From NCBI GenBank assembly GCA_028534125.1, contig CM052832.1, forward strand, positions 7,194,001-7,258,000: a stretch of DNA of 64,000 nucleotides. Direction: 5' to 3'. This DNA comes from Lama glama. Its lineage: Eukaryota. Under the pieces are notes generated by a model that saw only the letters and a program-made list of their open reading frames with translations, was not told where the DNA came from and did no database searches. Below are positions 27,051 through 41,000 of this stretch, in pieces. A program made the translations under genes and the position numbers. Every line of letters begins with the position of its first letter. Position 1 is the first letter of the stretch.

Positions 27051-30000
27051 GTCCCCTCCACGGTACAGAGGGATTCAATGTCATTTCCACATGAATTCTA
27101 ACAGCAAATTGCTATGCCTACCTGGGGGGCAATGATGCACTATCGTGCAGGTCCGGGGGGTGGAGGCGGGGGTGGACTCAGCCCGGAACTCTCACAGTGT
27201 CTTTACCACTGATACTTTGAGTGACTGGAAGCAAATCACATCTTATGTTCCTTGGGTTCTCTCACTGGGTAAGTGAGAACTGGCAAAAGGACGCAGCAAA
27301 TAGCAAACACCTCCATCTCCAAAGGGTGTCCCTGCTCACGGGATTATCTGAATAGAGAATAAGGAGACTGGAAAGATTGGGTCCTAGCTAGGGAAAACGT
27401 GGGTTGAGAAACAGAATCCTGAAACTCTCAATTAACGCCACGTACCCAGCTCCAGGCCCAACCAAACTCCTCTGTTAAAAAAAAAAAAAGAAAAAGAAAA
27501 AGAAAAACAAGCCTGTTGCAGTGGGAAAAGGAGGCTAGGAGAGCAAATAATCACCATAGAGACCACATTCCCCCATCCACTAAGTGCGCAGACGCCGTTT
27601 TCAGGGCCAGCTCTATTCTCCCTCCTGGTCTGCTCCTCCAAGTCCAGCACCGATCCAGTCTCGGGCTAGCCCTGTAACCGAGCCTAGCGCTGACCCTGGA
27701 CGGCCCAAGGGAAGGGAGGGTTGGCTCCAGACAGCAGCTGCCTCCGAGGTAGGATAGCCCAAAACCTGACAAGCTCGGGGAACAGTTCTTTCAAATAAAA
27801 TTCCCCTCACAAGGCTTAGCACCCCGGTGTGGTCCAAGCGCCCTGAGGCCATCCCGGACCTTAGTGCTCATGACTCAAACCCCCGCAGTGCCCCAGGACC
27901 CAGAACGTGAACCAGATGACCGAAGTGCCACTCAGTCTCTCCAAGTCGGCACTGCAGGCCAGAGCTATGCCAGGCCTCACACAACCGTGGGAATCAGGGA
28001 ACAAAGCCACAGGCTCTAGCCGCCACTGTGTCCTGCCAGGACCCTTCCTTATCTCTGCCCCCCTCCCTCTTCAGTCAGATGCATCCACTTACCTGCTCCC
28101 TGCAGACCCGGCCCTGGGATTGGTGCCTGCCCCAGGAAGACCACAGAAGAGACTTCCTGGTTGTGATGGAAGGTAACCTTAGAATTGAGACCCACTTGTG
28201 CATGTGTGTATGTGCTGTATCTTCTGCCCAGACAGCAGGAGTTCCTGAATCCTGGTCTTGGCCACCTTGGAAATCCCTGTCTCAGGATTTCCCTGTTCAC
28301 GACTGCCTACCCAATCTGGGCTGCAAGTCACGCTATTGATACGCACATGTGTGTACGTTTCCAGATCTCTGGATTAGGCACACAGCAAGCATCTGCTAGG
28401 GTAACGATCCTGTCCTGACTTACCCTTCCAGCCTCGTCCCTCACTCTACCTCTTCATGAACTCTACGATCCAGCTGGACCAGAGCCCTTTCCGTGGTCCA
28501 CACTCCCCTCCCGTACAGCTCTGTTACTCCCTCCGCCCTCAGTATCCCCACCCCCACCCCACCTGAGTCCCTCCAAGGTCTAAGCAGCATTTAAAGTCTA
28601 CGTCACAGTCCCCCTCCGCTCCCACGATTCTCCTTGTGCTCTCGCTCTGGGCCCTAGCGGCCCCGCCACCCTGCACAGCGTTCTGCATCTGTGTTTCTCT
28701 TGTAGGATGCACGTCAGAGGCCCCACAATCCCCCCATCACTGCTACCAGCCTGTCCCGTCCCTGAGAACCAGACGCTGTCTTACTTATCTTTAAAAGCAC
28801 TGTAGCTCCTCTCAGAGTGACATTCGGACGGTACTTAAATGTCAGTGTGAGGAAAAAGGGATGGCGATGCCAGGTTCAACCTCGATCCTTGTCTCTAACT
28901 GCAGAGTGTGTGCGCCTTCTGATTTCTGCCTGTCCCTCTTCAGCCAGCTGCTCTTCTTGCCCCACTGCACCTGTGGTTTACCTGCGCTCATGAGTTCCAC
29001 ATCCACAGCTCTGCCCCATCCACCAGTCTTGGGGCACATCTCTCAGTCCACCCTGTTCCCTGGGTTTGCTCCCTAATCCTAAGAGCAAAAATGTGTTCTG
29101 GCTTTGTCAGTCCCAAAGCGAACCCTCCTGTCCGCATCAATGCTGACTCTCAAAAATAATAATTAAATTGAAAGATCATGTCTCAAATGTAGACATTGGT
29201 TTTGAGGTTGTCTATTTTCACATACATCTGATTTTGCCATCACAAAAGGCCCAACTGACAGGTACCACCTGATGAGGACGCTTCGTCAAGGAAAGAATGC
29301 ACTGTCTCAAGGATGCAGCCAATCAGGGGCAGAGCCAAAATGATGTTGGGTTTCCTATCCTGGGTCCCTTCCCCGCCACTAGACTTGTCTCATTAGCATC
29401 TAAAACTTTTCATCCTAAGAGAAGTCCTGACAGGGGGAAAAAGATGGTATCTCTTTAACAATAGGCATCATTCTAACCGAATTTTTAAAAAAGCAATGAC
29501 CAGTGTGCCTTTTCTCACAGTGGAGGTTTAGATCCAATAACGTCTAGAAAGCAACCTACTACCTTTAATTTAACTGAAAAACTGACTCCCTTTGAAAAGA
29601 ATTTCTTTTCCTTTGTTGCTAGGATTTAGCCTAAAAGCATGTACAAGCGTCTGCATACTGTCCTGAGACAATTATTTCTCAGGTAACTTCCGAATCCAAA
29701 CACAGTGTTGCGGTAGCTCGTTCCTCCGACAGTGTCAGAGGTTTCCACACCAGCCCTGCACACAGAATTAACTCAAAACCTCTGCAAGAAAAACATCCCT
29801 GCTTTTAGAGTTTGATTTGGCATCAGTTTCAAAGAGCTGTTTGTATATTTTAGCATATGTAGAATTTTCCTTTGATTGAAACTCCTCTTCTAACAATGGA
29901 CAAGACATGATTTCTCTTCTGAGTGACTTAAACAAAAACAAGTATGTCTTAGTTACATAGAACCTTGTTCTCAACGTGTTTTTTTTCTTGACCAGAAATC

Positions 30001-30159
30001 AAACCCTGCAGATTGCTAAGCAATAGCCAGTCACATAGGGAGATTTTCCTTGTTGTAGGAAATAAACAAATACTAAATAAATCGACAAAAGAAAAAAATA
30101 TATATATAGGACCTCCTTTCGCTTTCTACTCTGCTTGGTAACATTCCCCTCTCAACATC

Positions 30160-30181
30160 CACACACACACACACACACACA
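30160..30181. repeat. (CA)11 microsatellite
   Basis: Seen directly. Confidence 0.95.
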
Positions 30182-33100
30182 CTCCTGCAGAGGGGTTTCT
30201 TCCTCAGTGTTTATTCCCGGTGCTATAGTAATAAACTCGCCGCAAATGGGCAATTTCAACATCTGTTTGTGGCTGCTCCCAGACGCCTTGTATTTCTTCA
30301 GGACATGAAGCCTGCTGACTCCCAAGTGTAAACAGACACACCTAATTATGTATTAAGGTGTCTGAGAGGAGCTACTTGTTTTGATGACAAAAAAAAAAAA
30401 AATAGAGAGAGGGCCTAGTCAGCTCGGTATCCTTGAGAGCGACACACAAAAACACAATAAATAGCCAGTGGTAGCTCCTCCCAACAGTGGACATTCTCTG
30501 CCTGCCCAAAACCGGAGCCCTACTTTAGCCGGCCTGCGAGTCCTCTCCCCTGCGTCCACAGATGATGATGGCCAGTCAAGAGCAATGGAGCTGTCAGATG
30601 GGGGGCAAAGTCTACCCAGTCTCTCCAGCAGGATTTAATTTGAGGGTGAAAAGAGGAAAGGGGCAAAGGAGGAGGAGATAATTCAGATGTAGCTTTTTAT
30701 TTCCATATCACAACGGCCATGTAAGCAATAGCCAAAAAAATGCCAGTGGCCTAAAGGAAATGCAGCGGGAGAATACAATTACAGAGCCTTGGACCACGCA
30801 GTCGGGGGCTGGGTTCTGGCCCAGCACTGCCCCTAGCGGGCAGGGTGATTGCCATGGAGCCCTTCCCCTCCCTGTCCCCACATGTTCCTCGTCCGTAGAA
30901 TGACGGACCTTGACTCAAGCTCTCTCCATGGGTTCCAACTCTAAAATTCTGATTCAGCTACATATTAGATAACGTTGGAATTCTAAAGTAGCTTTAAAAT
31001 TCTACTAGAAATATGGTTCCTTTAAAGAAAGATGCCCATTCATTAAAAAACAGTATTACCTTTTTATATACAAGGTATATACCTTTTTAAAAACAAGGTA
31101 TATTCACTGTGCAAAAAATACCCAGGTTTTCTCTCTAGATACAAAATGCCAATTAGAAAATTTAGAATATTCTTCCACTAAATAAAAAAATAAAAGTAAC
31201 TGTTAACAACAGTTTGCAAGGAGGCTGAAAGACAACGGGAACACTGTTAGCTTTTAAAGATTTTTGTCATTAAATTTAGCAGTGAAAGGGGTTAAAATTA
31301 GCTTTAGGCTCCTACACTCAATGAGGGATATGATACGAGCTATTTCTCTTTCTCCTTTGTTCCAGATCCTTTAAGTAAACTGGTTTGATCTGAACTATCT
31401 GAAGTAAAAATAAATATTTATATCCACCTTTCCAACTCTTTCAGGACAAGGTTATATTATTAAGCATAATTTAAATAGCTTAAATTTCCTTGCCCTCATA
31501 CATAAACATGTATACTTTCAGGTATGCAGATTTCATTAATATGTACATTTTTAATCTCTAGAATAAAATTTAGATTTACAAAATCAGGAGGTGGTTTCTG
31601 GTAGGAATCGGGTGAATTTTACTTTAGTTGGGTTCTCCCACCTGAATCAAGCATGAACTCTGGCTGCTTAGTAAGGATTACTCGTGTTATGTCCCCCGAG
31701 GGTGACCTGGCAAGGCCAATGTGATAAAAATTCCTTTTAGGACGGCACCAAACAGGCTTCTGTCGCAAAGTCTGGTTCTCATACGGAGACTGCGATGACA
31801 ACACATCATGGGGAAAGCACACTTGGGACCCAAAGACTTGGGGGTGAGTCTTTCCCCCTCTTTCACTATGTGACCTAGAAGTCAAGTCTCTGAACATTCT
31901 TGAGCTCTAATTCCTACTGGCAAAACAGGGATAACTGATAATAACATCAATATTCCGATAAGCTGCTGTGAGATTAAATGAGAATGTCTGTGAGTGTCTC
32001 TTCTATTTAAAACACTATCTAAATATCATTACAGTTATTAATGCTAAGTATTTTATGCACTTATTTTTACTATCACCTTTGCACTTAGTTGCTGAAATCC
32101 TTCCCGTTTTCCCCTGCACCTAACTTGTTCTAACAAGGTGCTGTCTGTAAGCTTTACGTGACTTCTGCCATTAGAAAAGCCGCTGTTACCGCTGACATGA
32201 CTGTCCGGGTCCCTCCGGTTTCCTTGCTCTCTGGAGTTGCTGAATTAGTGCAGCAGAAGAGTTCAAGCCTCCCCTCGCAAGGATGCTCCCGCCTTCCTGG
32301 TAGTGTCTTCAGTTCTTCTTCACGTGTTCCAGGGCACCTGCCCGAGTCCCCATCTCTCCTCGCCAACCCAGTCTGCAGGCCAGCATCCTCCTAGCCAGAG
32401 CCGCACGGGCTGCTGGAGGCCACTGGTCATCGAACTGCACTGGGCCCTGGATCTCGTGCCACCCAGTGTGACGCTGCCAGGATCCACAATCCCAACCTGC
32501 AGGTGATACAAATCTCCTTCTTTCTCTGTTTCCCTCGATGCTCATTTGCCTGTCTGTTCTATCTGTTAGAGCATACTTGCCACACTTTCTGGGCACTGAA
32601 GAGTTTTACCTCAGTGTGAGTGGCTCCAGTTTGCCTTCTACATCACCCAGAATGGTACTTGCTTATTCGATTTTTACAAACTGTCAGAAAGATTCCTTCC
32701 CAACTTTTAACTAGAAGTTCTGGTATTTGCAATTTGAAATGTAACCTTTTTATTAAAATGTTAGCAGGAAGTCCCTTGGGTGGGGTTCACTTTGGTGAAA
32801 TAGTTTTTCTCTTTCAGGCGCCAGGGAACGTGGCACAAAGAGCAGGGTGATGCGGTGTAGCCGTCTGCGGGGACCGGGGGCGCGAGCTGTGGCTTCACGA
32901 GTCCCAAGCTGACATTTCAAATTCTAGCTCCGAAGGTCTGCACAGGGGCTGAAACACCCACATCTCCAAGGTCCTTAAATAGAGGCCTAGGAAGGCATCT
33001 TCTTTCCCACTTTAGCAATGATTTTCAACACAATACTGCAGAGTTGTAGGGGAAAACAGCAGGACCAAAGCCTTAAGACTGGAGGGAGGGATGAGTCTGA

Positions 33101-35147
33101 TCAAGACCCCCTTGCCTGAAGAGGAAGGCAGTCTGACCGTCAGGATGCAGACCTCCTGGCTTCCGGGCAGAAAACACCCCTCCCTCTAGAGCACACTGTC
33201 TTTAAGATCTCCTGCTTTTAAAAAGTGACTGTTTTATTCAGGGGCTTTGCCTCCTCCTTACACTGAATCTTTTTGGCTGCAATTCTCCCTTCCTGTTACG
33301 TTCTAAACAACCAAGCCAGAGAGAAAGGTTAACAACGAGCTTCCACAGCCAAAGAAACAGCCAACCTAATATCCAGAATTCCAATCCATGAAGTTGTCAG
33401 AGCCACTGGACTCATTCTAGATGTCTCATCCCATGAGATGCTGATGCTCTTTGAATTGTATCTTATTTTGGGTCCTTTGAGCTTCCCAAAGTCAATATAA
33501 ATCCATCAAATAAATTTTAAGTAGATTAGGTTACTGAGAAATGTACTCCCCAGACTCTGATTTTATTGTTCTTCTTCTTTCCTTTAAAACAAGCTAACAA
33601 ACGGTGGTCATAGTTTTCAGTACGCGTCCCCCTGCGCCCTGGCGCTGCGGGAAGAAGAGGACGCTGGCGTCCACGGGGAGCAGGACATTTGTTACTTTTC
33701 AAACAGGAAATGCACGAAGTGCTCCTGTCTTCATAAGATTGGGAAGCTCATTTCTAGAACCACAAGTGGAAGGTTTGGGGTCGGGGTGGGGGGAAGAATC
33801 TCTCTTTAAGGCCCGGTTAAAGGATCTGAGACGGGAGAGAACATTGACTCCAACTGTTATACTAAGAGTCTCACCGAGTAGAAGCTTCCGCCTTTAGCTT
33901 TCGTTTGTGCTCATAAGATTCTGCTTAGAACAAGTCCCTCATCCTTGATCAACTCAAGTCCTTACCAGTTTAAGACGTGTGCAGATTTCCCAGTCCTCTG
34001 GGCAGCAGCTGCCCGGATGCTGACTCCATTCCCAGGGAGGACAAGTGCTGGGGTCTCGCCCGGCTCCCATCAGCTCAAATGCAGGAGGTCGGCTGCGAGC
34101 CTGATGTAAGGGCCCCCCGCCCCAACCCGGGGGTCTCCCCACTTCACTGGTTGCCTCACTTTTCCGAGTGTGATCATCTTACAGCACCCGTGTAGCACTT
34201 CATTCCACCCTACAAGGAGTATGTAGCAGTATATCCAGGCCACGAAACACTCGAGCACGCACTACCTATGCTTCAGGAGGAGAACACACCACACTGGTCG
34301 GCCCCCCAAATGAATGTCAGCATTGTCCTCACTGCATGGCCATCTGAGTTTGCCCCACACCTAGGAAGGAGCGCTACTGGAAATAATCAGATTAATGTGT
34401 CAATGAAAACAACCAACCCAAACATTTCGGCTCTCCAAATGGACTTCTGGCCTGAATTTTCCAGGTGGGTGGTTCTGTATTCACCCAATAAATCAAGCAA
34501 TTCCTGAAATACCGCTTCACTGTGGGGCGTGTGAACAGTGTCTAAACATTAACTAAGATTTTATAAGATGCAGTATTATTCCTTTTAAAGTAAACTACGG
34601 ACTCGGGGAAAGCATTGCTAAAACACTTTGATGATGCAGGCAAACACCCTCTTCTAATCCAGTGTCTCCTCCCTGCCCCTTCCAGGTAAGCCCTGCCACC
34701 ATCCTCTCACCCTGGCGACACTGCTCCCCACCACACTCTCGCCACACTCTCCTCCTGCACGTTCTGCCCCAAAAGCCAGAGTGACCACCAGGAGATAGAG
34801 GTCTGTTTATATCATCACCTTGCTTAAAATCTGCTGGTGGCTTATCACTGCAGGGGCCAGCAAATATCCCAACTTCTAATCCTGAGCAGCCGAGGCCCCA
34901 CGTGAGCTGGGGAGCCCGTCCTGCCGACTTTATCTCGTCTTCTACACGCTCCTGCCCCAGACACTCCTCTTCCCAACTCAGGGCCCTTGCACGGCTTTCC
35001 CCACTGCCTGCGGTCATCTTCCCCAGGCTACCTCCTCCTTGTTCTCCGGATCTCAGTTTAAATGTTTCTTCCTCCTCACATCACTCTATTTTACCTTTTC
35101 CACAGCACATATCCTTAGATAATCCTTTCTTATTTTCCCTTCCCCAG

Positions 35148-35430
35148 TAATAGCTAACATTTATTGAGTGCCAGGCATTATTCTAAGGGCTTTATGTATA
35201 TTAACTATCCTTTAGTCCTCATTACAACCTTTTGAGGTTGGTGGTATTATTATTATTATTATCATTATTGTTATTGTTCTTATTATTCTGTCATTAGCCC
35301 ATTTTACAGATGAAGAAACTGTGGTACAGACAAGCAAAGTAATATCCCCAAGATCACACAGCTAGTGAGTAAAGAGGCCTGGATTTAAACCCAGGGAATC
35401 TGGCTCCAAAGACTGTTTAATCACCACGCC
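35148..35430. mobile_element. MIR SINE with an internal (ATT)n expansion
   Basis: TAATAGCTAACATTTATTGAGTGCCAGGCA...CCCATTTTACAGATGAAGAAACTG...CCCAAGATCACACAGCTAGTGAGT; (ATT)n-like tract at ~35245-35290. Confidence 0.82.
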
Positions 35431-36549
35431 ATACCCTAGTAGAAAACGTTCCCTGAACTTTTGTCTTACTCATCACCATGTTAAAAAAGATTTTTGTCAT
35501 GTAGTCATAAAACATAATAGCAATGTTTCACTAAAAGGAACTTTGTTGTAATTCTAATCATGTTTTCTCCAAATATATCTAATTTCTTTACTACAGAAAG
35601 TCTGGTCCTCGAATCCCATTTATTCTGTTGTTAACAATTCAGCTGCTCTTTTGTTTTAGTAATCTTTAGCTTATAAGATTCTCATTTCTCCAGTAAGATA
35701 AAGTACATGTCATTATAACCATTCCCAGGAAAAGAGGGTACAACACAGATAAGTTGCATTAAAACCCTGCAACGCTGTGTATTATGTCAATGAAATAAAG
35801 CTCCTTAATTTTAAATTAAAGGTGGGGTTTCAAAACCTGTCTGCAGACGCTGACACACACGCATGTATATGAGGTTTCACCATGTACAGAAGCTTAACTG
35901 TGGGCAAGGGGCAAGGTCTGAACGTACAGTTCTTTGGCATAGATCAACTTGATTTTAGGTTGCTTCCCATCAGAATCAACCAAAGCACAAGAAAAAGCTT
36001 TCCATGACATCTGTAGTAGTTATTCCTATTAAGTTCGTTCATAAATCAAATATCACACTTGCCTCTATTCTTATTATGCATGGCAGTTCCCAGTTTCCTG
36101 ATATGGTGATTACTAAATCTTTCTGTGAGAAAATCTACCCTTCCAGGTGTTATTTTAGAATCACAGACATTGAAGGCTTTCTGATGCTCCTTGGAGAATG
36201 TCTGGCCCAATTAACTCATTTCAACCCTGAGGAAACTAAGACCCATAGGAGTTAAGCGACCTGCTCAAGTGATGTGCTCAGAGGCCCATCTAAAATTACA
36301 CTACAGGTTCCTCAATTCCCAGCCAAGCGCTGCTTCCAACACCTTCCAATGATTCTTTGACAGTTTAATCACCATAAATATGCCTGGGCCTTAGAAGAAA
36401 TGTTTTCCTGACAAACCAAGTCGATTCAACATAAAATTATTGAACACCTACTATTTTATCAGTGTTGGGTTTAATTCTCTTTGGGGATGCATATCCCAAA
36501 TTTAAACGCTGGATTAAAGAAGTTTTTGAGGTTTTACTAATCCTTCAAA

Positions 36550-37255
36550 GGTATATTAATCCAACTATATCAGTAATCGTGGTGAATGTCAATTGTCTAA
36601 ATGCACCAATTAGGACAGATGTCAGAGTGGATCAAAAAACAAGACACAACTATAAATTATCTACAAGCAACCCGCTTTAAATATAAAGACACACAGAGAT
36701 TATGTGGAACAACGGAAAGTCCCATTCGTTGCTGGTGTGAACGCAAAATGTACAGCCATACCGGGAGGCAGTTTGGCGGTTTCTTACAAAACTAAGCATG
36801 TTTCTACCATGCGATCTGGCAAGGGCACTCCTTGGCATTTACCCAAAGGAGTTGAAAACTTATGTCCACACAAAACCTACACACAGATGTTTATAGGTTG
36901 TAAGGTACTCACACTACCCTTGAAGTGGTACAGTGTTACTGAAAGTAGACTTGGAGTAGTCGTGAACGTATATTGCAAACTCTAGGGCAACCAGTTAAAA
37001 AAAAGATTAAAAAAGTACGACTGATATGCTAAGAAAGAGAAAAGGGAATCCTATAAAACACTCAAAACCACAAAGGCAGAAAAAGAGTAGAAGAAAAAAA
37101 CAGCATAAAGAATAAGGGCAATAAAAAGAGAACAGTAACAAACATGGTAGAGACGGATCCAGCTACATCAGTAATCACTTAGAATGTCAGTGGTCTAAAC
37201 ACACCGATTAAAAGACTGAGACTGTCAGAGCAGGTCAAAAACCAAGAGCCAGATA
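36550..37255 (+). mobile_element. Rearranged old L1 fragments (ORF2 start region twice, plus a 3'-region piece)
   Basis: ATATCAGTAATC..AATGTCAATTGTCTAAATGCACCAATTA (~36567) and ACATCAGTAATCACTTAGAATGTCAGTGGTCTAAACACACCGATTAAAAGAC (~37165) both resemble the L1 endonuclease start. CACTCCTTGGCATTTACCCAAAGGAGTTGAAAACTTATGTCCACACAAAAACCT lies between them. Confidence 0.7.
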
Positions 37256-37284
37256 ATACTTCAAAAGTATGGCACGCCTTCGGG

Positions 37285-37520
37285 GATTACCAGACACACA
37301 TTATTACATACAAAATAGATAAGCAACAAGGACCTACTGTATAGCACAGGGAACTCTATTCAATTGCTTGTAATAACATACAATGGAAAAGAACCTAAAA
37401 AGGAAATGTGTACCTATGTATATGTGCAACTGAATCACTTTTCTGTACACCTGAAACTAACATTGCAAATCAACTACACTTCAATAAAAACTTTTTTAAA
37501 AAGGAGAAAAAAAAAAAAAC
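37285..37520 (+). mobile_element. Cetartiodactyl-type L1 3' end
   Basis: AGATAAGCAACAAGGACCTACTGTATAGCACAGGGAACTCTATTCAA...ACTGAATCACTTTTCTGTACACCTGAAACTAACA...CAATAAAAA plus poly-A. Confidence 0.82.
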
Positions 37521-39082
37521 ATTTGGTACCCCTGACAACCCACTCACTTATGAGGTCAGAAAACTGTAACTTGTTCTGTTAACCGCCCAGGGGGACAAAC
37601 TCTTTCCTTTTTGGAATCTTTTAGGTCAACTCTCCCTCCACCACCCCTTTAAGCAATACTGTTTTCCCAAGGAACAGAACAGTTTGGGAGCTTAAAGGTT
37701 TGTTGTTTTTAATGATGAATACTACAACATTATTATCGGACTTTTTTCCTCTTTTCCAAGCCTGTTTTTATTTCCTTCATAGTTTTTATTTAGAAAGGGT
37801 TCTTCTTAATTAAATACGGATTTATTGTGACCACATCAATGGGTTTATTATTGATTTATCATGAGTCACTACTCTCCTTGGCACAGGGGGGAGCGTTGTT
37901 ATTATTCCACTAACGATGGCATTACTACCAATTACAACAGGGAGCTGGAGTGGTGACCATTTGGGTTGGAGAGAGATCTGTGTCCAAAGTTTGGATACCG
38001 AAACATTGGTCTTATCCCCACCCACCATGCTTGGCTGTGTTTCTAAGTTGGTCACTTAAGGCCACAGTCTCTCTGGAAAAGATACGACACGTCCCTGCTT
38101 AAGAAACCCTTTGAGATATTCAGGGACAATGTTGCCTGAGTAGTATTTTATTTTAATTTATGTGACTTTCATAGACTTGACATTCAACTTCTTGAGATCA
38201 CATCAAAAAAATAATTTAGACAGTTTAGTCAAATGGGATCCTAGATTTGCCTCAGACCAAGTCACTTAAATTCTGACCCAATTTAATAATATATACCCCC
38301 CTGCCTGTTTTCTGAAAATCACTTTGAACTGTTCGAAATACAAAAACACTGTTCAAAAGTGACTTTGAACAATTCAAATTAAAGTGCTGTCATTTGCATT
38401 TCACCATATAGAATTTTAATTATAAAAAAGATTTTTACTTGTTTAGTTACCTCTTTCAAGTATCCTTTTCTAAGGTTCCCCTTATAACTATTTCCACATA
38501 TTAATAAACCTAAAAACTAACTTAATATAGTCATGCAGTTTCTCTTTCCTTTTTGCTACCAGCAGTGATCAATTAATATTTCCTGAGAAACCAATGCTCG
38601 ATATAAAGTAACAACATAATACTCACACATGGGGGTTTCAGTGGTCCTATTTTTTCCTGAAAAAAAGTAAGTAGTACCTTGGCTAATATTTATTAATATC
38701 CCCGATAACAGACTTGTCAGGGATATTCACATGTATATTCATTCTAAAGGTAATGAAGAGGTGAATGCATGCCTACGTGCCTATATCTGTTACAGCACAG
38801 TGCTAACAATGTTCCTCCACTTTAAAAGAGATAGTGGGAAAGTCTAGATTATAATCACATGCTAGGACCATATTTGTGTATATGGCATGTATAATTAAGG
38901 TAAATGACAATTGTCCTTAGCTTCCTGTACAGCTCCACTTCCAGATCTATTAGCCGATTCCTAATAGTCACAGCGTAATGAATCTGAAGCACGGAGCACC
39001 ATCTGTCTGGTAGATCTTTCTACGGCAGGCAAGGACTTCCCGTGAGCACCTACACCCAGAGCATGAAGCTCGAAGTTACAGA

Positions 39083-39217
39083 GAGAGATAGCAAAGGATT
39101 GGCAGGCCAGGTCCTTGGTCTAAGGGGAGCTTTCAATCTAGTTGAAGTCTTCGGAGAGACAGCAAAGGATTAGAAGATCAGGCCCTTGGCCTAGGGGAGC
39201 TTTCAATTTAGCTGGAA
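39083..39217. repeat. Diverged two-copy tandem duplication (~71 nt)
   Basis: GAGAGA.AGCAAAGGATT...CAGG.CCTTGG.CTA.GGGGAGCTTTCAAT.TAG at 39083-39146 and 39154-39217. Confidence 0.88.
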
Positions 39218-40574
39218 AAAGACAAGATCTTATATATTCTTGTCATATCTTAAGAAACATTATGAAACCACACCTGTCAACAAGTGTAATTTTTTTTCAG
39301 CTGAAAATGTAATTGTTGAAGCAATTCAGAGTAAAAATATAATCTGAGCAGAATGGAATTGTTTTTTTTTTAATTCTCTAAAGGAGAAGACTTAAGTAAA
39401 AAAAAAAAAAAAAAAAAGATCTTTCACTAAAATCCTGAGCATTTTCTGCATATTCTGGCCTCCACACAGCCTGATGTCATTATGTAACTGCATCATATTC
39501 CCATTATGTCTTCTAAAAGAGACTGGAAGCTTCCTGAAGGCAGGGACAACATCTTCTATTTCATTATTATTCACTGCCCGCCTAAACACATTTTAAGTTA
39601 TGTACCAAGTATCTGTTGAGCTGATTTGAAACGGCTGAAATGAACTGAAGAAAGACACCCCAGGGAGGAAGAAATGCAAGAGGCCACGAATCTACTGGGT
39701 GACATTTATAAAAATCCAAAGTTCGTACCAGGTAGAAACTATTACTGAATTAAATAAGATGAAACCTAACAGGAATAACTATAAATTTTCATACTTTGAT
39801 CTAAAAAAAAAGAAAATTGTTAAAGTAAAAAAAAAATGGAGAAATACAGTTTGACAGAAAGTGGTAAACATGAGAAAACAGCATCACATGGTTGGTTTGG
39901 GTGGCAGGCGTGAAGAGGGACCACTGAGAAGGTGTAGTCTCCCCAGAGATCACTGACCAGGACGGTGAGGTCATGTGACACAAAACCCCATCACATGGCA
40001 AGAGTTTAAAAAGGAGAGAGGGCGGAGGAGAACAGGAAAAATTAAGAAGGTCAGGCTTCATGAGAAATGATAGTTGTCCAAACCAGATCTTTTGCTTTGT
40101 TTTACAGGGACTGTTTTGCTTCAGTTTATGGCTTTTCGTTAACAGAATTTCCATCGTTTTCTCAGAAAAGACTTTGACACTTTATTACATGACGGCTATA
40201 ATTAATGTCAGACTCTAAATTAGAAATCAAAAACTCTATTTGATCATTTGGTTTCAAGCTGGACCTAAAGTATGTTTTGGCATGATTACTAACTGTTAGC
40301 AGCAAGTTCTGGAAACAGATGCAGTCTTGATATGTTTTCTAAATGTGAAACACATTGCAAAAAGACTTGGAGATAAAAATACACACTGCTCATGCACACT
40401 CTTACTGTGCTATTTCCTGTCCTTATCAGCAAAAGAAAGTGTCTCTCATTTTGCCCTTTATCTGTGGTCCCAGGTGAACAAAATTTTCTTTCTTCTTTTT
40501 CCCTTTCTTCTTTCATCTTTCTCCTACACGCTTATCCTTTTTTTCTAACATCTTTCCCACTAATACTCATTCCA

Positions 40575-41000
40575 GTAAACACTTACTGAGCACCTACTAT
40601 GTGCCAATAACTGTGCTAGGTTCTAAGGACTCAAGGATCTGTAAGACACAGTCACTGTCCTTTGAGAAGCTGACCTCCTATATAAGGGAAAGGCATGTAA
40701 TCAAACTACTGCTAAAATAAGATACGTACACATTAGAGGTGTGTCCCAACTACAGAGATGAGGAATGGTGAAAGAGTGATTCACTTTGAGGAAAGTGATG
40801 CTTGAGAAGTGGATGTCTGGCCACGGCAGGGCAGGGGGCTGGCCTGGAAGTGCGGAATAGCACAGCACGCTTGAGGAAGGCGGGCCAGGCATTCTTAGGA
40901 GAAGAGGAGCATCCTTTCCCAAGGACAGGTGGGTATTTGGGGAGGCAGCTAAGTCGTCATATAAATGGATTGTTATTTTAAGCTGGGTCTGTTCTGTACT
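40575..41000. mobile_element. L2 LINE fragment
   Basis: AAACACTTACTGAGCACCTACTATGTGCCA...CTGTGCTAGG...AAGACACAGTCACTGTCCTT is typical of the L2 3' end. Confidence 0.7.
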
